From Candidatus Margulisiibacteriota bacterium (GTDB lineage: Bacteria > Margulisbacteria > Marinamargulisbacteria > JBFWNS01): a stretch of DNA of 64,000 nucleotides. Positions 8,172 to 18,866 of this stretch are shown piece after piece. The position numbers and the translations under genes are program-made. Where the stretch lies: contig JBFWNS010000005.1 of NCBI GenBank assembly GCA_050250935.1, forward strand, positions 11,523 through 75,522. Direction: 5' to 3'. How positions within the stretch are numbered: position 1 is the stretch's first letter; each line of letters opens with the position of its first letter. The notes beneath the pieces were generated by a model. It was not told where the DNA came from. It made no database searches and was given only the letters and a program-made list of their open reading frames with translations.

Positions 8172-11100
8172 ATGACACTCGGTATTCCATCTCGCTTTCG
8201 TTTTGAAAACAAACCCATTCGACCCTCGGACCGTAGTCGAGCATTTCCTTTGGACAGAGTTTTGTCTGCACAATTGCAAGGGGCTTTGGCACTTCGGTCG
8301 GATTTTGATGCCATGAAGGGGGTTTTTGAACGGGAGGTAAAAGGAAAAACCGATGGGGACGTTCGAAAGGTTTTGATCCGGTTTAACCAAACCTTGGAAA
8401 ACTTGGCTCGGGAAGCCAATACCCCGATTTTAACCCAATTGGAACGACCTTCGGAGATTAATTCAGATTCGTTGCGGGTGATCCAACGTGCCATGGTTGC
8501 TGCCAGAACAATGGTGGAAACGGCTTGTGCCAATACCCCCTCTCAGCTTCATCTTATTTTAGAAACGGCCAAAACCCACACAGTGTTGGGGTTGGCCTTG
8601 CAAGCAGTGTTAATGGAAAACTTGTTGGTTCAAAGTCCCACAGCAGGCTCTGTGGCCGACCAAATTCAACAAAAATCGGGCGATGTGTTGGCCACTGTTC
8701 GAAGCCATGTTCATGCCGATGCTGTGTTAACCCTGATGGGGGCTGGGATGCCAGAGATGGTGCCCACCAACGCTGGTGATCGCGTTTTACATCTTATTGA
8801 GGCCCGAAACAGCCAACTCAAAGCTGTGGGGCAGTGGATGTTGTCCGCCCCAAATGGTGCAGACATTTTTGCCAGTTTGGGCGATAACGTAGCGCGGGAG
8901 TGTTTGGTTCAACAGGGTGAATCTTTGTGTCAGGAAGGGACTTTTTTGGCCTTTCAAAAGGTTTCTGGGGATCCTCAAAAAGAACACCTGTATCACGAAG
9001 CTTTGGGTTCGATTGTGGTTCAATCCCTTCATGATTTAAAAGGAGAAGCCAAGGTTGCTAAGGCACGCACTTTGGCCGAATCCATTAATGCTGGCCTTGG
9101 AACCCAGGCTCATCCGCTTGTGTTTTTGCAGTTGGCCCAGGCGATTGTTTCGGCCGAGGCAACGGAATCCAAGGGATCTGCGGAAAAACCTCGGGACCGA
9201 AGCCGCAGCCAAGACCGTCGCAAACCCACTTCGGAACCGTTGAATAGCCGTGTGGATCAGGCCCTGACTTTGCTGATGAATGCCCGTGTGGCCCCGATTC
9301 ATACCGAGGGCTATGCCAGGTTAATGGGCGACTTTTTTGGCCAACTGCCTTCTAATCAATTTGATGCGGTAAAAACTTTTTTGGACAAACAATCGAATAC
9401 AGCTTCTCCAGCCGCGCTTTTGCCCTTGTGGTTGGGCTATCATAGTGCCCTTGTTTCTTCGGGTTTAACCCGAACCGACCAAGTGGTGAACCGTACCAGA
9501 AATGCTGAAGATTTTCCGACTTTGTCTCGCCCCAGTCTTGAACCCCGACCCACACAGAAAGGCGAAAAGAGCCTTGAAGCGTTAGGAGATACTACCTATA
9601 GCCCTGCAGCCAGGGCCAGCATTCAAAGTCAGCTACAAGTACAACTTGCCACGTTTGATGGGGCTTTGAGGTTTTTGGACCTCATGGCGAAGTTGTCCAA
9701 GACAGACGATGTGGCAACACGGATCGAGTTGAACCGTCAGATTGATGCCATTTTGAAAAACCACGATGTTTGTGTGGCCTTGTCCTCAAATCCAGAGCAA
9801 CCTTCTTCTCCCGAGGCTTTAAAGCAAGAGGCGGGGAGCAATTTCGCCATTATGAAGGATCTTTTGGTCAGCGACTTTACAAGGCACCAAGCCATTTTTG
9901 AGAGGGAAGCTCAAAATGACCGAAGAGGGTTGAAGGCGCTTTCAAGGCAAAGTTTTGATTTGCCTCAACGGCGCTTCTTAGAACAACGGTTGGAGTGGTT
10001 TAGCAAAATATCGATTTTCTTAAGAGAAGCCCTTCTTCATTTAGAGGGTTTGGCGATTCAACAGCCAGCCCGAACCGCCAGACGGGCTGCGCCGTCGGAC
10101 CTTAATAAAGAATCCTGGTCGACCTTGCGGGAGGCGACCGTTCAGGTGTTGCGCCACATTACCCCACAAACCTTCACATCGACCCTAAAAATGGCCATGC
10201 TGGGACAATCGACTTTGATTCGCCGAACCCTGGCCCAAATTGATCCTGTGGCTCTGGAACAAGCTGTGCATACCGTTCAGCAAACCCATCCCCAACGCCA
10301 ACAGCAAACCCAAGCTTTGGCTCAAAAAATCAAAACTTTGCTGGAAACCGAATCCTCGATTACCGATAGTGTGGCCACCGATTTGGCCAAATTGGTGCTT
10401 CGGGTTCAAACTCAGGTTCAATCGGCATCAACCGATGCCACCCCTTGGTCGGCGACCCCGTCGTTTCGTCACAGTTTGTTTAAACAAATCCTAGATCCCA
10501 ACTTGTGGCAAGATTTGCAAGCACAAACGCTTTCGGCTCCTGCAAAACTGGTGCTGTTGCAAGCCGTTCACGATCAAACCGAAACCCCGGATGGGTTTAA
10601 GGCTTTACTGAAGGCGTTTAATAACGATGCTACCGCAATGGATGCTGCTTTGAAGACACTTTTGGCCGATATAGCCACAACCAGAGCCAATCTTGCTTTG
10701 TTTCAAGGGTTGCAATATCGCTTAACCAACGGGGTTCATACCGGCAATACGGTGCTTGCGGGTGTACAGACTCGGTTGACGGAACTCACCACGGCCTTGC
10801 CAACAATCGATTTGAAACCCAGGGTTCAGGTTCGACTGGCCGAAGCCAAGAGTGAGTTTCGCATGACAGCCTTGAATCGCCAGGTTGCACTTGCGAAGCA
10901 AAATTTGAGCCGTTTGGAGATTGAATGCAATGGATTGGCCGCGGGTCTTGGGATAACAGGCAGGCTAGACGATGCTCGTATTCTTGCCTTCACACAAGCT
11001 CAGGATCGTTCTGGTTGGGAGGGAGATGAAGTTGGCAAGAAAGCCCAATTGGAAGTCCTTAAGGGTAAAATGGCAACTTCACAACAACTTCGAGATTGTC

Positions 11101-14100
11101 TTGGCGAGTTCGAACAGCTTCGGGCTTCGTTTGCCAGATTGGAACCTGGGCAATCCATTGCTCTTGGCTTAACTCGTCGCGAGGTTTTTGAAGGTTTGTC
11201 CCAACAAGCGGCCGTTTTGACCGATCGATTGAGCCAAGTGAATGAACGTCTGGGGGTGGGGTCGGCAAGCGAATCAACAATTTCTGATGTAGACCTTGGT
11301 ACTATCAAACGCTCTATTTTGGGTGCCGTGAATTCCATTACAGAAGCGACAGCTCGTATTGGACGGGCTTTGATTTTTATAGACACGTTGCCCCTAGCCC
11401 AGATCCAAAAAATTGTAGACGCTCGAGTTAAGGTGTCTGGATTAGACAAAGCTTTTTTTGAGCTTTTGACGATGGATGAAAATTTAAAACTTTTTTTGAC
11501 TCAGACTCCCCCCATTCCCTTGTTGGAAGCGGCTTCACCCCGTGCCAAAGCACTTTTGTTGAAATGGGCGGCAAATCCTACCGATACAGAAATTAAAAAG
11601 AATCCCGAAATCGTGGCTTTAACGAAAGCTTTTCCAGCTCTTTTTGCGCCGGCAGATGTAAATGGGACACTTAAAGCTGTTTTGGTTTTTGGATCTTTGC
11701 CCTTGTCTATGCTTAGACAGCTTCAATCACACTCTTTCTTGCCGCGGTATACTTTTTTAAAAGAGCTTCTTTCGGCGAAATGGGTGGGGAATCCAGACAC
11801 ATTGTTTGTTGAACCCCCCAAACCTTCTGGGGATTCAATCCAGGACCTGATTTCTAAGGCAAAAAATTTGTTGACCGAAGCGACTAATGCTAGAGAAACC
11901 TTGTCTCCTGATCAAAATCAAATCCCTTCCGGGACCGAACGGTTGCTGCGCCGACATTTGGTGGCCCTTTTGGCGAAAGATTGGAACGATACATCAGATG
12001 CCACAGCGGCAGACACCAAAAAACAAACCCTGTTTGAAGTCCTTTTTGCCACAACGACTGTTAAGACCAAAGATGGCCAGAAAGCTGTTCCTGTTTTTTC
12101 CGCAACCGATTTACAACAGGTGTATGCGCATCTAGACGATCTAGTAACGAATATACCTAAAAAAGGTCAACTTCAGGCTGAACTCCTAACCAAAATGGGA
12201 TTACCAACCATCACCACCCCAGTCACCTTTGTTCGGGCGGCCATGGTTGCCCAAGCGGTTCGTGGGATTAAGGCCGACTTTGACCTTACCCCTCTCGACT
12301 CTTTGCCCGATTTAGGCACCTTAAAACAGGCCCAGTTGTCCGCTTATTGTCTCCAATTAACCACCCTGTTGGACCGTGCTGAGATGAATGCAGATGTAAA
12401 GACCAAGGTCCAAGCCGCCTTGGATGCGGCCTTGACCCGGTTGTCTGAAACCGTTAGAACAGCGGTTGCGGTTCCCACCCTTTCTGTAAAAGATCGCGAT
12501 CAGCAACGCGGGTTTTTAGGTGTTCTTTTGGCCCACAAAAAAGGCTGCGAGCTTCTGGCCGCAGAAGATGGGGCTTTTTGGAAGGCGATGGTTCACCACC
12601 TGTCGTTTGGCGAGGCGCTTGGCCTATTGGAAAACCGGGTTAAGGCGGTTTTGGACGAGGTGGTTCCTGTGGGTTCTCCTGCCGCAGCCAGAGGCTACGA
12701 TACAGCCCTGTCGACTTTGGTTCCAGATCTTGCCCCCACGACCCCCAAAGACTTGCGAGACACGGTTTTGGCCCTCTTTGATCGTGGAAAAACAGTGGAT
12801 AATGCAGCGATGGTCGACAAAGCCATTGACTTGCTTAACACCACCACAGTGAGTTTGACAGACGGCTTGAATTTGAATGATCTCACTCGCTTGTACGCGG
12901 ACTTTGCCAATACCAATTTGGTGTCCGATGCACACCGTAATGCTTGGGCTTCGACCCCAACTGCAACCAACTCTGTTCGAACTCAGGTTTTGGCCAAGAT
13001 TCGAGCTGCCATTTTGGCTCAGATTGACAAATCCCAATTCGACAAACTCGACCCTGCTGCACAACGTCAAGCTTTGATGATCTATGCCCGCCTGGCCGTA
13101 GCCGAATCCACCGCAGACAACACAGCCCTTTTAAGCGACCTAGCAAAACAAATTCCCATGGCTGTTCGTGGATTATCTGTAGAACAACGGTTACATTTTG
13201 TGCAAGGTTTAAGGGAAATCTTAACCCCTAAAGCAACAGAATCTGGTATCCGCGAAGCTCTAGACGTGCTTAACAGGCTTCAAGCGTCTTTGGAACGGGC
13301 TCAAGAAGGTCGGTTGGCCGCTTCCGATCTAGAAAGAACCAGCACACTAGGCTCTACAACGCCAACGGTTTCGACAGCCAGTTCGGTTGCCGCAACCACA
13401 CCCTCAAGCCCCCGTTCTACAGATTCTGGACTGGAGAGGCTGTTGGAATCCATTAAGGCTCTTGAACCCGGACGCAATCGGAATGACTTGGTTCTTCGCC
13501 TTGCGGCTCAAATCACCCAAAAAATCCAAAGTGCCTCTAGCGAAGCCCAAGAGCTGTTTGAACACGTGGTTGCTAAACTGGGTCCCGATTTGTTTTTAGT
13601 AGATGATTTTAAACCTTTGGCCGACGCGTTTCGTGGTGTTTCTGCTACAACTTTGGATCTTAGTGTCTATTCGATGTCCACCTTGCTTTATGCCGTCCGT
13701 ACTCAGACTTTGAATGCTGTTCAGCAAGGCACTGTTTTGGCTACTTGTAAGGACGAAATGTGGTCCAAAACGGAAATAGATCAGAAATTAGTGTTGTTGC
13801 AGGAATTTAGGGCCTTGGAAGCGGCTGCAAAGCTTAATGGCAATACAAAATTGTCTGAAGCGCTTTCTAAATATTGCGATGAAGTAACCCAAACCATTAA
13901 ACGAGCCATTCAAGATGGTGCGTTTGTATCGGCTTTGAGAGACAAGTTTCAAGCGGAATTTCAGAAAGTTGTGGGAAGTTCTGTTGCTGTGGATTATAAG
14001 CAAAGACACCGCTTTTTAGACAATAAGTTGAGTGAGCTTGTTATAAGTCCTACGTTTATTCTAGATCTTATGGAAGCTTCGCCGCACTCTGAACCCGCCA

Positions 14101-17100
14101 TTCAAATGTTGCTAAGCGACGACTATTTTGATCCTCAATCCCAGGTAGACGCCCAACAACCGTTGGGGGTTTTGAAGTTCCTTGAAAGTTATGTTCAGCT
14201 GGCTAGAGGGAGGAGCAAACCTGCAATTCTTCAGTTGTTGTGGGCAAAACAGGCCCAAATTTTATTTAGCCAGTCGCCAATGCCCACTGAAAAGCTTGTC
14301 GCGGTATTGAAAAGTCTAATGAGGTACCATGACAAAATTCAAGTTGTTCCGTTTTTGGTGGAACAGGCGAAAACCTTGCCCGATGCAGATCGAAAAGTCT
14401 TGTTCGAGGCGATGATGGATACGTTGAACCCCCCCACTGAAACACTACCAGACCACTTAAACCGATTGGCGCCACTCCTGGCCCTTTTGGCCACGAAAAC
14501 CGATGAGAAACTTCATGCCGGTTTAATTCTAGAAGGTTTGACAACAATGTTCACTGCTCCCGATGCAGCAGATTTTCAGAAAGCCTTATTGGCGGTAATG
14601 GATCCAGGTAACATCAATTTTGTTCTGTCTGCAGCGAAACCAGACCAGTTGATTGCTTTGTTGGGTCGGGTTGATGGTGATCCGGTTGCCGATAAGGTAA
14701 AGACTGCGATTCGGGAGATTGTTCGCTTAGACAACATGACACCTCCGAATGTTGCAATTGCAGTGTTTCAACGGATTGTAGAAGTTTTTCTTGCTGGGAA
14801 ACCTGATGAAGCAACCTCAAAACAGCTGGGCGCCTATGTCTGGCGATATGTTGCGAAAGAGTCAGATCGATTGTCCAACAGTTCTAGTTTAAAACCATTA
14901 TTAGAACAATTAAGCACGAACAAACATGCTATTGAAGTCTTTTTCGAAGCCTTAAGCGCGCCTGCAATCCTTGCGACGCTTACTGTTGCGACTGCCGCTG
15001 ACCAACAAGCTTGGTTTGACGTCGTAGAAGGTTGCTTCAGTAGTGTCTCTGAAGAAACCCAACTCAAACTCATTCTGTTGCAGGTGAAAGTGTTGTCTGC
15101 CCCTGCATTAACTGATGCCGACTTGTTGGGATCTCTCCTAGCCCATATCGACGATACTTTCTTTAATGAACTAGCGGCTGCCGCTGCAACGCCCCCCAGC
15201 AAATTCGATGTTTTAAAACAAACCATCATGTTTTTGGCTGGACTAGATGCAACTGTGTTGGCGGCATTGCCTGAAAATGATCGAAAAGCCTTGGTTGAAA
15301 CATTAAGTTCTCCCATTTTACCTTTAAGAGATAATACCCATGGCGTTCCAAACGAGGTTAAAACGGTATTGGCCAACTTGGTACCCACTTTACCGGTACC
15401 TGTTTTGGTTGGGTTTTTGACGGCTGGTGCTTCTATAGAGTTCTCTGGACTTTTAGCTAAATCCTTATTAACCAAAGAAGCCACAGGTGCCCATGCTGCT
15501 GACATTGCGCCTCATTTTGAGACCTTGGTTGATGCGTTGGCGGATACAGGTTACCCTGCTGTTAAGTCTAGCTTGTTTACCACAGACACCCCGCCAAAAT
15601 TCACGGCGTTTGCGGATGCCGTTCTTGAAAAAGCTCAAGATGCTACAGCCCAGTTGGCTCGGTTAGCAGAATTTCATGCCTCTTTGGGAACCCCGCCAGA
15701 TGTTGCTTTGGAACCCAAAATCAAAGAACGGGCTAAAATGGTGTCTCTGTTGTCTGGTGCTCCAGCTTTGACGGCTCCCTTTGATACAGGTTTGCCTGAT
15801 GTTGCCGCCATTACTTTGGATGCCTGGACTTTGTCGAAAATCCCACTTATTACGGACCTTGCCACCCAGCAAGCCCTTCTGGTTCGGGTGTTGGGGGATG
15901 CTGATATTGATCAAGCTCAAAAAGAAGCGGTTTTTGCAGCTGCTTTTAAATTGCTTAGGTTATCCCACGATCGTTCCCTAGATATAGCTCAGTATTTAAG
16001 GGCTTTGGTGATCGGTATCTCAGACGATGCTCAAAAAAACTTGGTGTTGGCGCAGTTTGATAAAATGCTTCAACAGCAATCTCCCTTTGGAACCCTTGGA
16101 GCGCCTTCAACAAGCTGGAGGGTGCCCCATCAACAAATTGATGCCCGACTTGTTGTACTGAATTTGATGGAAAATGGTTCTGAAAAAGACGACTTATCTG
16201 CTGATCTTGTTGCAGCGTGTTTGAACACGGCTGCCATTTCCAAGCTTTCTGCCGAGGCATTGGCCTTTTTAGAAGCCCGAGCATCAACTTTAGATTTAAG
16301 TGGGGTTTCGGTGGCCGATCAATTGAAATTGTTTGACAAGGCAACCCTAGCGGAGACTCCCAATTTGTGTAACCTGTTGGCCAAGTCCTTGTTAACGGCA
16401 GTGGCAATGGTTTCTAATTCATCAGAAATTGCCCCCAAATTTTTAGAACTAGTGGAAGCGTTAGAGGATAATGATGCCAACAAGGCCCTTGTGGCACATT
16501 TGGTGTTTACAGCCGATGGGAATCTTTCTGAAGTTGCCGATAAGGTTTTAGACTCAGTTCACGGGGACAACGATGCTGAAAAACGACAAGCACAGTTGGC
16601 TTGTTTAGAGCAGTTTAGACAGGTTGTGGACCACTACCCCGATACTGATGATGACACTGCAGACGTCATGGAACTTGTGGTTGATCAGCGCAAGATGTAC
16701 TTGGAATGGATAGAGGGTACTGATCCTGCAGATGTAACGGATTTTTGTGATGGTTTAATTTTAGATTCCTGGCTGGTTGCGCGCATCAAGGATGTGCCGG
16801 TTGAGTTTCAACCCAGATTACTGGCCAAATATTTAACCGAGATGAGCGGGGATGGTTCGGGAGATGCTAGAGTCGACTGCCAATATTTAGCACAACTACC
16901 TGCCTTTAAGGCTGCATTACCCCTTTTCCAAGTTATGGGTGTTACATGGAATCAAGATGAGTCTGAACTAAGCATTCCAAAGCACCTTAATGTAATATTT
17001 AAAAGCGCTTTAGAATCAGGTGTTCATAACCCTTTGTTCACCCAGAATGCCACAATGAACCAACCTCAAAGCCTAGGGTTTAGTCGCGTGTTAGATTGTC

Positions 17101-18266
17101 TACAGCCTCTTGTAGTAGAAGATGATCAACAAAATCCGTTTTCTACTATAGATGGTGTTGGCTTAGCAGATGATGCCACTTTTGAAACGTTGGGGATTGC
17201 TGGTAAACAGGCGGTTTGCATTCAGCTCTTGCAAGTATTGGTTCACGACCCCGCCTCAACCCAAGCTTCTCCTGGTTGGACGGATTTGGTTAAACCTTAC
17301 TTAACCTATACCTTGTCTTCCCAAACCGGTGGAACTTTAGAAGACCGTCAATCCGTTGCTACTGGCCTGCTCACCTTTTTGACTGAGCATTCCGATCATT
17401 TTCACAATGAGGATTACCAGGCTATAACGGATCTTATACTTAAACTTACATCTACACTGCCGCCTACTGAATTAGTGGCAATTTTAGGATCTAATACGAT
17501 TGCTCCTGCTCTAAAACAAGGATTGTTGGAAAAAGCCATTGCGGCCGATATGCAACACAGTAGGCCTGAAGCTCAACGTGCCCGTTATATCGCTTTAGCC
17601 GAAGTTATTCGCGATTCTGCATTGGGCCGTGATGTAACCCAAACACTATGTACAGCACTGTTGGCTAAAGGCAAAATGATTCCAGGAACGGCAGACAAAA
17701 TTACGTTTTATAAAGCCATAGGTGTTCGGCTGAATAGATTTGAAGACGTTCGTAAGGCTGTTGTAGGCGTACTAAGACAAATATCTGTCTTGGGTAGCCC
17801 CCCCTTATTGTCACGAGACTTGGAAGATTGTTTTGAGGCCATAATAACGCTTGATTCTAACGCTTTAAACTCGGATGAAGTGACTCGGTTTAGGGCTTCG
17901 GTTGAAAGTACTTTGGGTGGGTTTAAAGCCCAATCCAACCTAGATCGATTGAGGATTTTGCGGAGTGCATTGGCTATTGCTGTGGTCACGACTCCAAAGC
18001 CCCAGCCACAATCGGATGATGCCATCGGTAAATTCATACACGAAGCATTAACTGGTAAAGGTGTTGGGCTGCTAGCACCTACCAGACGTAAAGAGGCGTT
18101 AATTGAGGCGATTGAGCAGGTTGGTTCTGGGGATCAAGGTTTAGCTTGTATTGAGGATATACGCTATTGGTTAGCTAATATCAGTACACAACCTGATATC
18201 TCTGAGCTGTGGAGTAATCAATATAGCGATGCTTTTGATAGGTTGGTTCCAAGGGAGGCTGCTTAG
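8172..18266 (+). CDS. Giant hypothetical protein (3364 aa), predicted mostly alpha-helical
   Basis: 10.1-kb uninterrupted ORF with AAGAGGTG Shine-Dalgarno; Leu/Ala-rich; no domain recognised. Confidence 0.88.
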   Translation: MTLGIPSRFRFENKPIRPSDRSRAFPLDRVLSAQLQGALALRSDFDAMKGVFEREVKGKTDGDVRKVLIRFNQTLENLAREANTPILTQLERPSEINSDSLRVIQRAMVAARTMVETACANTPSQLHLILETAKTHTVLGLALQAVLMENLLVQSPTAGSVADQIQQKSGDVLATVRSHVHADAVLTLMGAGMPEMVPTNAGDRVLHLIEARNSQLKAVGQWMLSAPNGADIFASLGDNVARECLVQQGESLCQEGTFLAFQKVSGDPQKEHLYHEALGSIVVQSLHDLKGEAKVAKARTLAESINAGLGTQAHPLVFLQLAQAIVSAEATESKGSAEKPRDRSRSQDRRKPTSEPLNSRVDQALTLLMNARVAPIHTEGYARLMGDFFGQLPSNQFDAVKTFLDKQSNTASPAALLPLWLGYHSALVSSGLTRTDQVVNRTRNAEDFPTLSRPSLEPRPTQKGEKSLEALGDTTYSPAARASIQSQLQVQLATFDGALRFLDLMAKLSKTDDVATRIELNRQIDAILKNHDVCVALSSNPEQPSSPEALKQEAGSNFAIMKDLLVSDFTRHQAIFEREAQNDRRGLKALSRQSFDLPQRRFLEQRLEWFSKISIFLREALLHLEGLAIQQPARTARRAAPSDLNKESWSTLREATVQVLRHITPQTFTSTLKMAMLGQSTLIRRTLAQIDPVALEQAVHTVQQTHPQRQQQTQALAQKIKTLLETESSITDSVATDLAKLVLRVQTQVQSASTDATPWSATPSFRHSLFKQILDPNLWQDLQAQTLSAPAKLVLLQAVHDQTETPDGFKALLKAFNNDATAMDAALKTLLADIATTRANLALFQGLQYRLTNGVHTGNTVLAGVQTRLTELTTALPTIDLKPRVQVRLAEAKSEFRMTALNRQVALAKQNLSRLEIECNGLAAGLGITGRLDDARILAFTQAQDRSGWEGDEVGKKAQLEVLKGKMATSQQLRDCLGEFEQLRASFARLEPGQSIALGLTRREVFEGLSQQAAVLTDRLSQVNERLGVGSASESTISDVDLGTIKRSILGAVNSITEATARIGRALIFIDTLPLAQIQKIVDARVKVSGLDKAFFELLTMDENLKLFLTQTPPIPLLEAASPRAKALLLKWAANPTDTEIKKNPEIVALTKAFPALFAPADVNGTLKAVLVFGSLPLSMLRQLQSHSFLPRYTFLKELLSAKWVGNPDTLFVEPPKPSGDSIQDLISKAKNLLTEATNARETLSPDQNQIPSGTERLLRRHLVALLAKDWNDTSDATAADTKKQTLFEVLFATTTVKTKDGQKAVPVFSATDLQQVYAHLDDLVTNIPKKGQLQAELLTKMGLPTITTPVTFVRAAMVAQAVRGIKADFDLTPLDSLPDLGTLKQAQLSAYCLQLTTLLDRAEMNADVKTKVQAALDAALTRLSETVRTAVAVPTLSVKDRDQQRGFLGVLLAHKKGCELLAAEDGAFWKAMVHHLSFGEALGLLENRVKAVLDEVVPVGSPAAARGYDTALSTLVPDLAPTTPKDLRDTVLALFDRGKTVDNAAMVDKAIDLLNTTTVSLTDGLNLNDLTRLYADFANTNLVSDAHRNAWASTPTATNSVRTQVLAKIRAAILAQIDKSQFDKLDPAAQRQALMIYARLAVAESTADNTALLSDLAKQIPMAVRGLSVEQRLHFVQGLREILTPKATESGIREALDVLNRLQASLERAQEGRLAASDLERTSTLGSTTPTVSTASSVAATTPSSPRSTDSGLERLLESIKALEPGRNRNDLVLRLAAQITQKIQSASSEAQELFEHVVAKLGPDLFLVDDFKPLADAFRGVSATTLDLSVYSMSTLLYAVRTQTLNAVQQGTVLATCKDEMWSKTEIDQKLVLLQEFRALEAAAKLNGNTKLSEALSKYCDEVTQTIKRAIQDGAFVSALRDKFQAEFQKVVGSSVAVDYKQRHRFLDNKLSELVISPTFILDLMEASPHSEPAIQMLLSDDYFDPQSQVDAQQPLGVLKFLESYVQLARGRSKPAILQLLWAKQAQILFSQSPMPTEKLVAVLKSLMRYHDKIQVVPFLVEQAKTLPDADRKVLFEAMMDTLNPPTETLPDHLNRLAPLLALLATKTDEKLHAGLILEGLTTMFTAPDAADFQKALLAVMDPGNINFVLSAAKPDQLIALLGRVDGDPVADKVKTAIREIVRLDNMTPPNVAIAVFQRIVEVFLAGKPDEATSKQLGAYVWRYVAKESDRLSNSSSLKPLLEQLSTNKHAIEVFFEALSAPAILATLTVATAADQQAWFDVVEGCFSSVSEETQLKLILLQVKVLSAPALTDADLLGSLLAHIDDTFFNELAAAAATPPSKFDVLKQTIMFLAGLDATVLAALPENDRKALVETLSSPILPLRDNTHGVPNEVKTVLANLVPTLPVPVLVGFLTAGASIEFSGLLAKSLLTKEATGAHAADIAPHFETLVDALADTGYPAVKSSLFTTDTPPKFTAFADAVLEKAQDATAQLARLAEFHASLGTPPDVALEPKIKERAKMVSLLSGAPALTAPFDTGLPDVAAITLDAWTLSKIPLITDLATQQALLVRVLGDADIDQAQKEAVFAAAFKLLRLSHDRSLDIAQYLRALVIGISDDAQKNLVLAQFDKMLQQQSPFGTLGAPSTSWRVPHQQIDARLVVLNLMENGSEKDDLSADLVAACLNTAAISKLSAEALAFLEARASTLDLSGVSVADQLKLFDKATLAETPNLCNLLAKSLLTAVAMVSNSSEIAPKFLELVEALEDNDANKALVAHLVFTADGNLSEVADKVLDSVHGDNDAEKRQAQLACLEQFRQVVDHYPDTDDDTADVMELVVDQRKMYLEWIEGTDPADVTDFCDGLILDSWLVARIKDVPVEFQPRLLAKYLTEMSGDGSGDARVDCQYLAQLPAFKAALPLFQVMGVTWNQDESELSIPKHLNVIFKSALESGVHNPLFTQNATMNQPQSLGFSRVLDCLQPLVVEDDQQNPFSTIDGVGLADDATFETLGIAGKQAVCIQLLQVLVHDPASTQASPGWTDLVKPYLTYTLSSQTGGTLEDRQSVATGLLTFLTEHSDHFHNEDYQAITDLILKLTSTLPPTELVAILGSNTIAPALKQGLLEKAIAADMQHSRPEAQRARYIALAEVIRDSALGRDVTQTLCTALLAKGKMIPGTADKITFYKAIGVRLNRFEDVRKAVVGVLRQISVLGSPPLLSRDLEDCFEAIITLDSNALNSDEVTRFRASVESTLGGFKAQSNLDRLRILRSALAIAVVTTPKPQPQSDDAIGKFIHEALTGKGVGLLAPTRRKEALIEAIEQVGSGDQGLACIEDIRYWLANISTQPDISELWSNQYSDAFDRLVPREAA

Positions 18267-18272
18267 CTAACT

Positions 18273-18866
18273 TTAAAGCTCCTTAAGTAGTTTTTCCATG
18301 GCCCTAACCCGATGGCTGAGCTCGTTTTTTTGGGTGGGGGGCAATTGCCCGAAAGTTTCTGAAAACCCGTTGGGAATAAAAATGGGATCATAGCCAAAGC
18401 CGTTTTGGCCTAACATCTCTTTGGCAATCGTCCCAAACACCTTGCCCTCCACCGTAATAGGCGGCTGTCCTGGTTTTAGCAGGGCCAACACACAAGCAAA
18501 ATGCGCGTTGCGGTTGGTTTTTCCTGCCATGTTGGTTAACACTTTTTGGCAAAGGGCTTCTTTGCTGGTTTCGGGCCAGGCATAGCGGGCCGAGAACACC
18601 CCAGGGTCTCCACCCAACGCGTCGATACAGAGCCCAGAATCGTCGGCCAGAAAATACACCGATTCAGTTGCCGAAAGACCGGCCAGTTTTTTGAGGGCGT
18701 TTTCGGTAAACGTGTGGCCATCTTCGATAATCTCGGGAGGGTTGGGAATCAGGTCAGTGTAGGGAATCACATGATAGGGATTTTGGGTTTTGCCGCTCAA
18801 TAACGCTTGTAATTCTTCGGCTTTGTGGCGATTTCCGGTGGCAAGGGCCAGGGTAATGGTGGGCAT
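18273..18866 (-). CDS. rdgB: Non-canonical purine NTP pyrophosphatase (dITP/XTP)
   Basis: ATGNRHK, ADDSGL, PGVFSARY, GFGYDPIF, KNELSHR. Confidence 0.95.
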   Translation of the reverse strand: MPTITLALATGNRHKAEELQALLSGKTQNPYHVIPYTDLIPNPPEIIEDGHTFTENALKKLAGLSATESVYFLADDSGLCIDALGGDPGVFSARYAWPETSKEALCQKVLTNMAGKTNRNAHFACVLALLKPGQPPITVEGKVFGTIAKEMLGQNGFGYDPIFIPNGFSETFGQLPPTQKNELSHRVRAMEKLLKEL

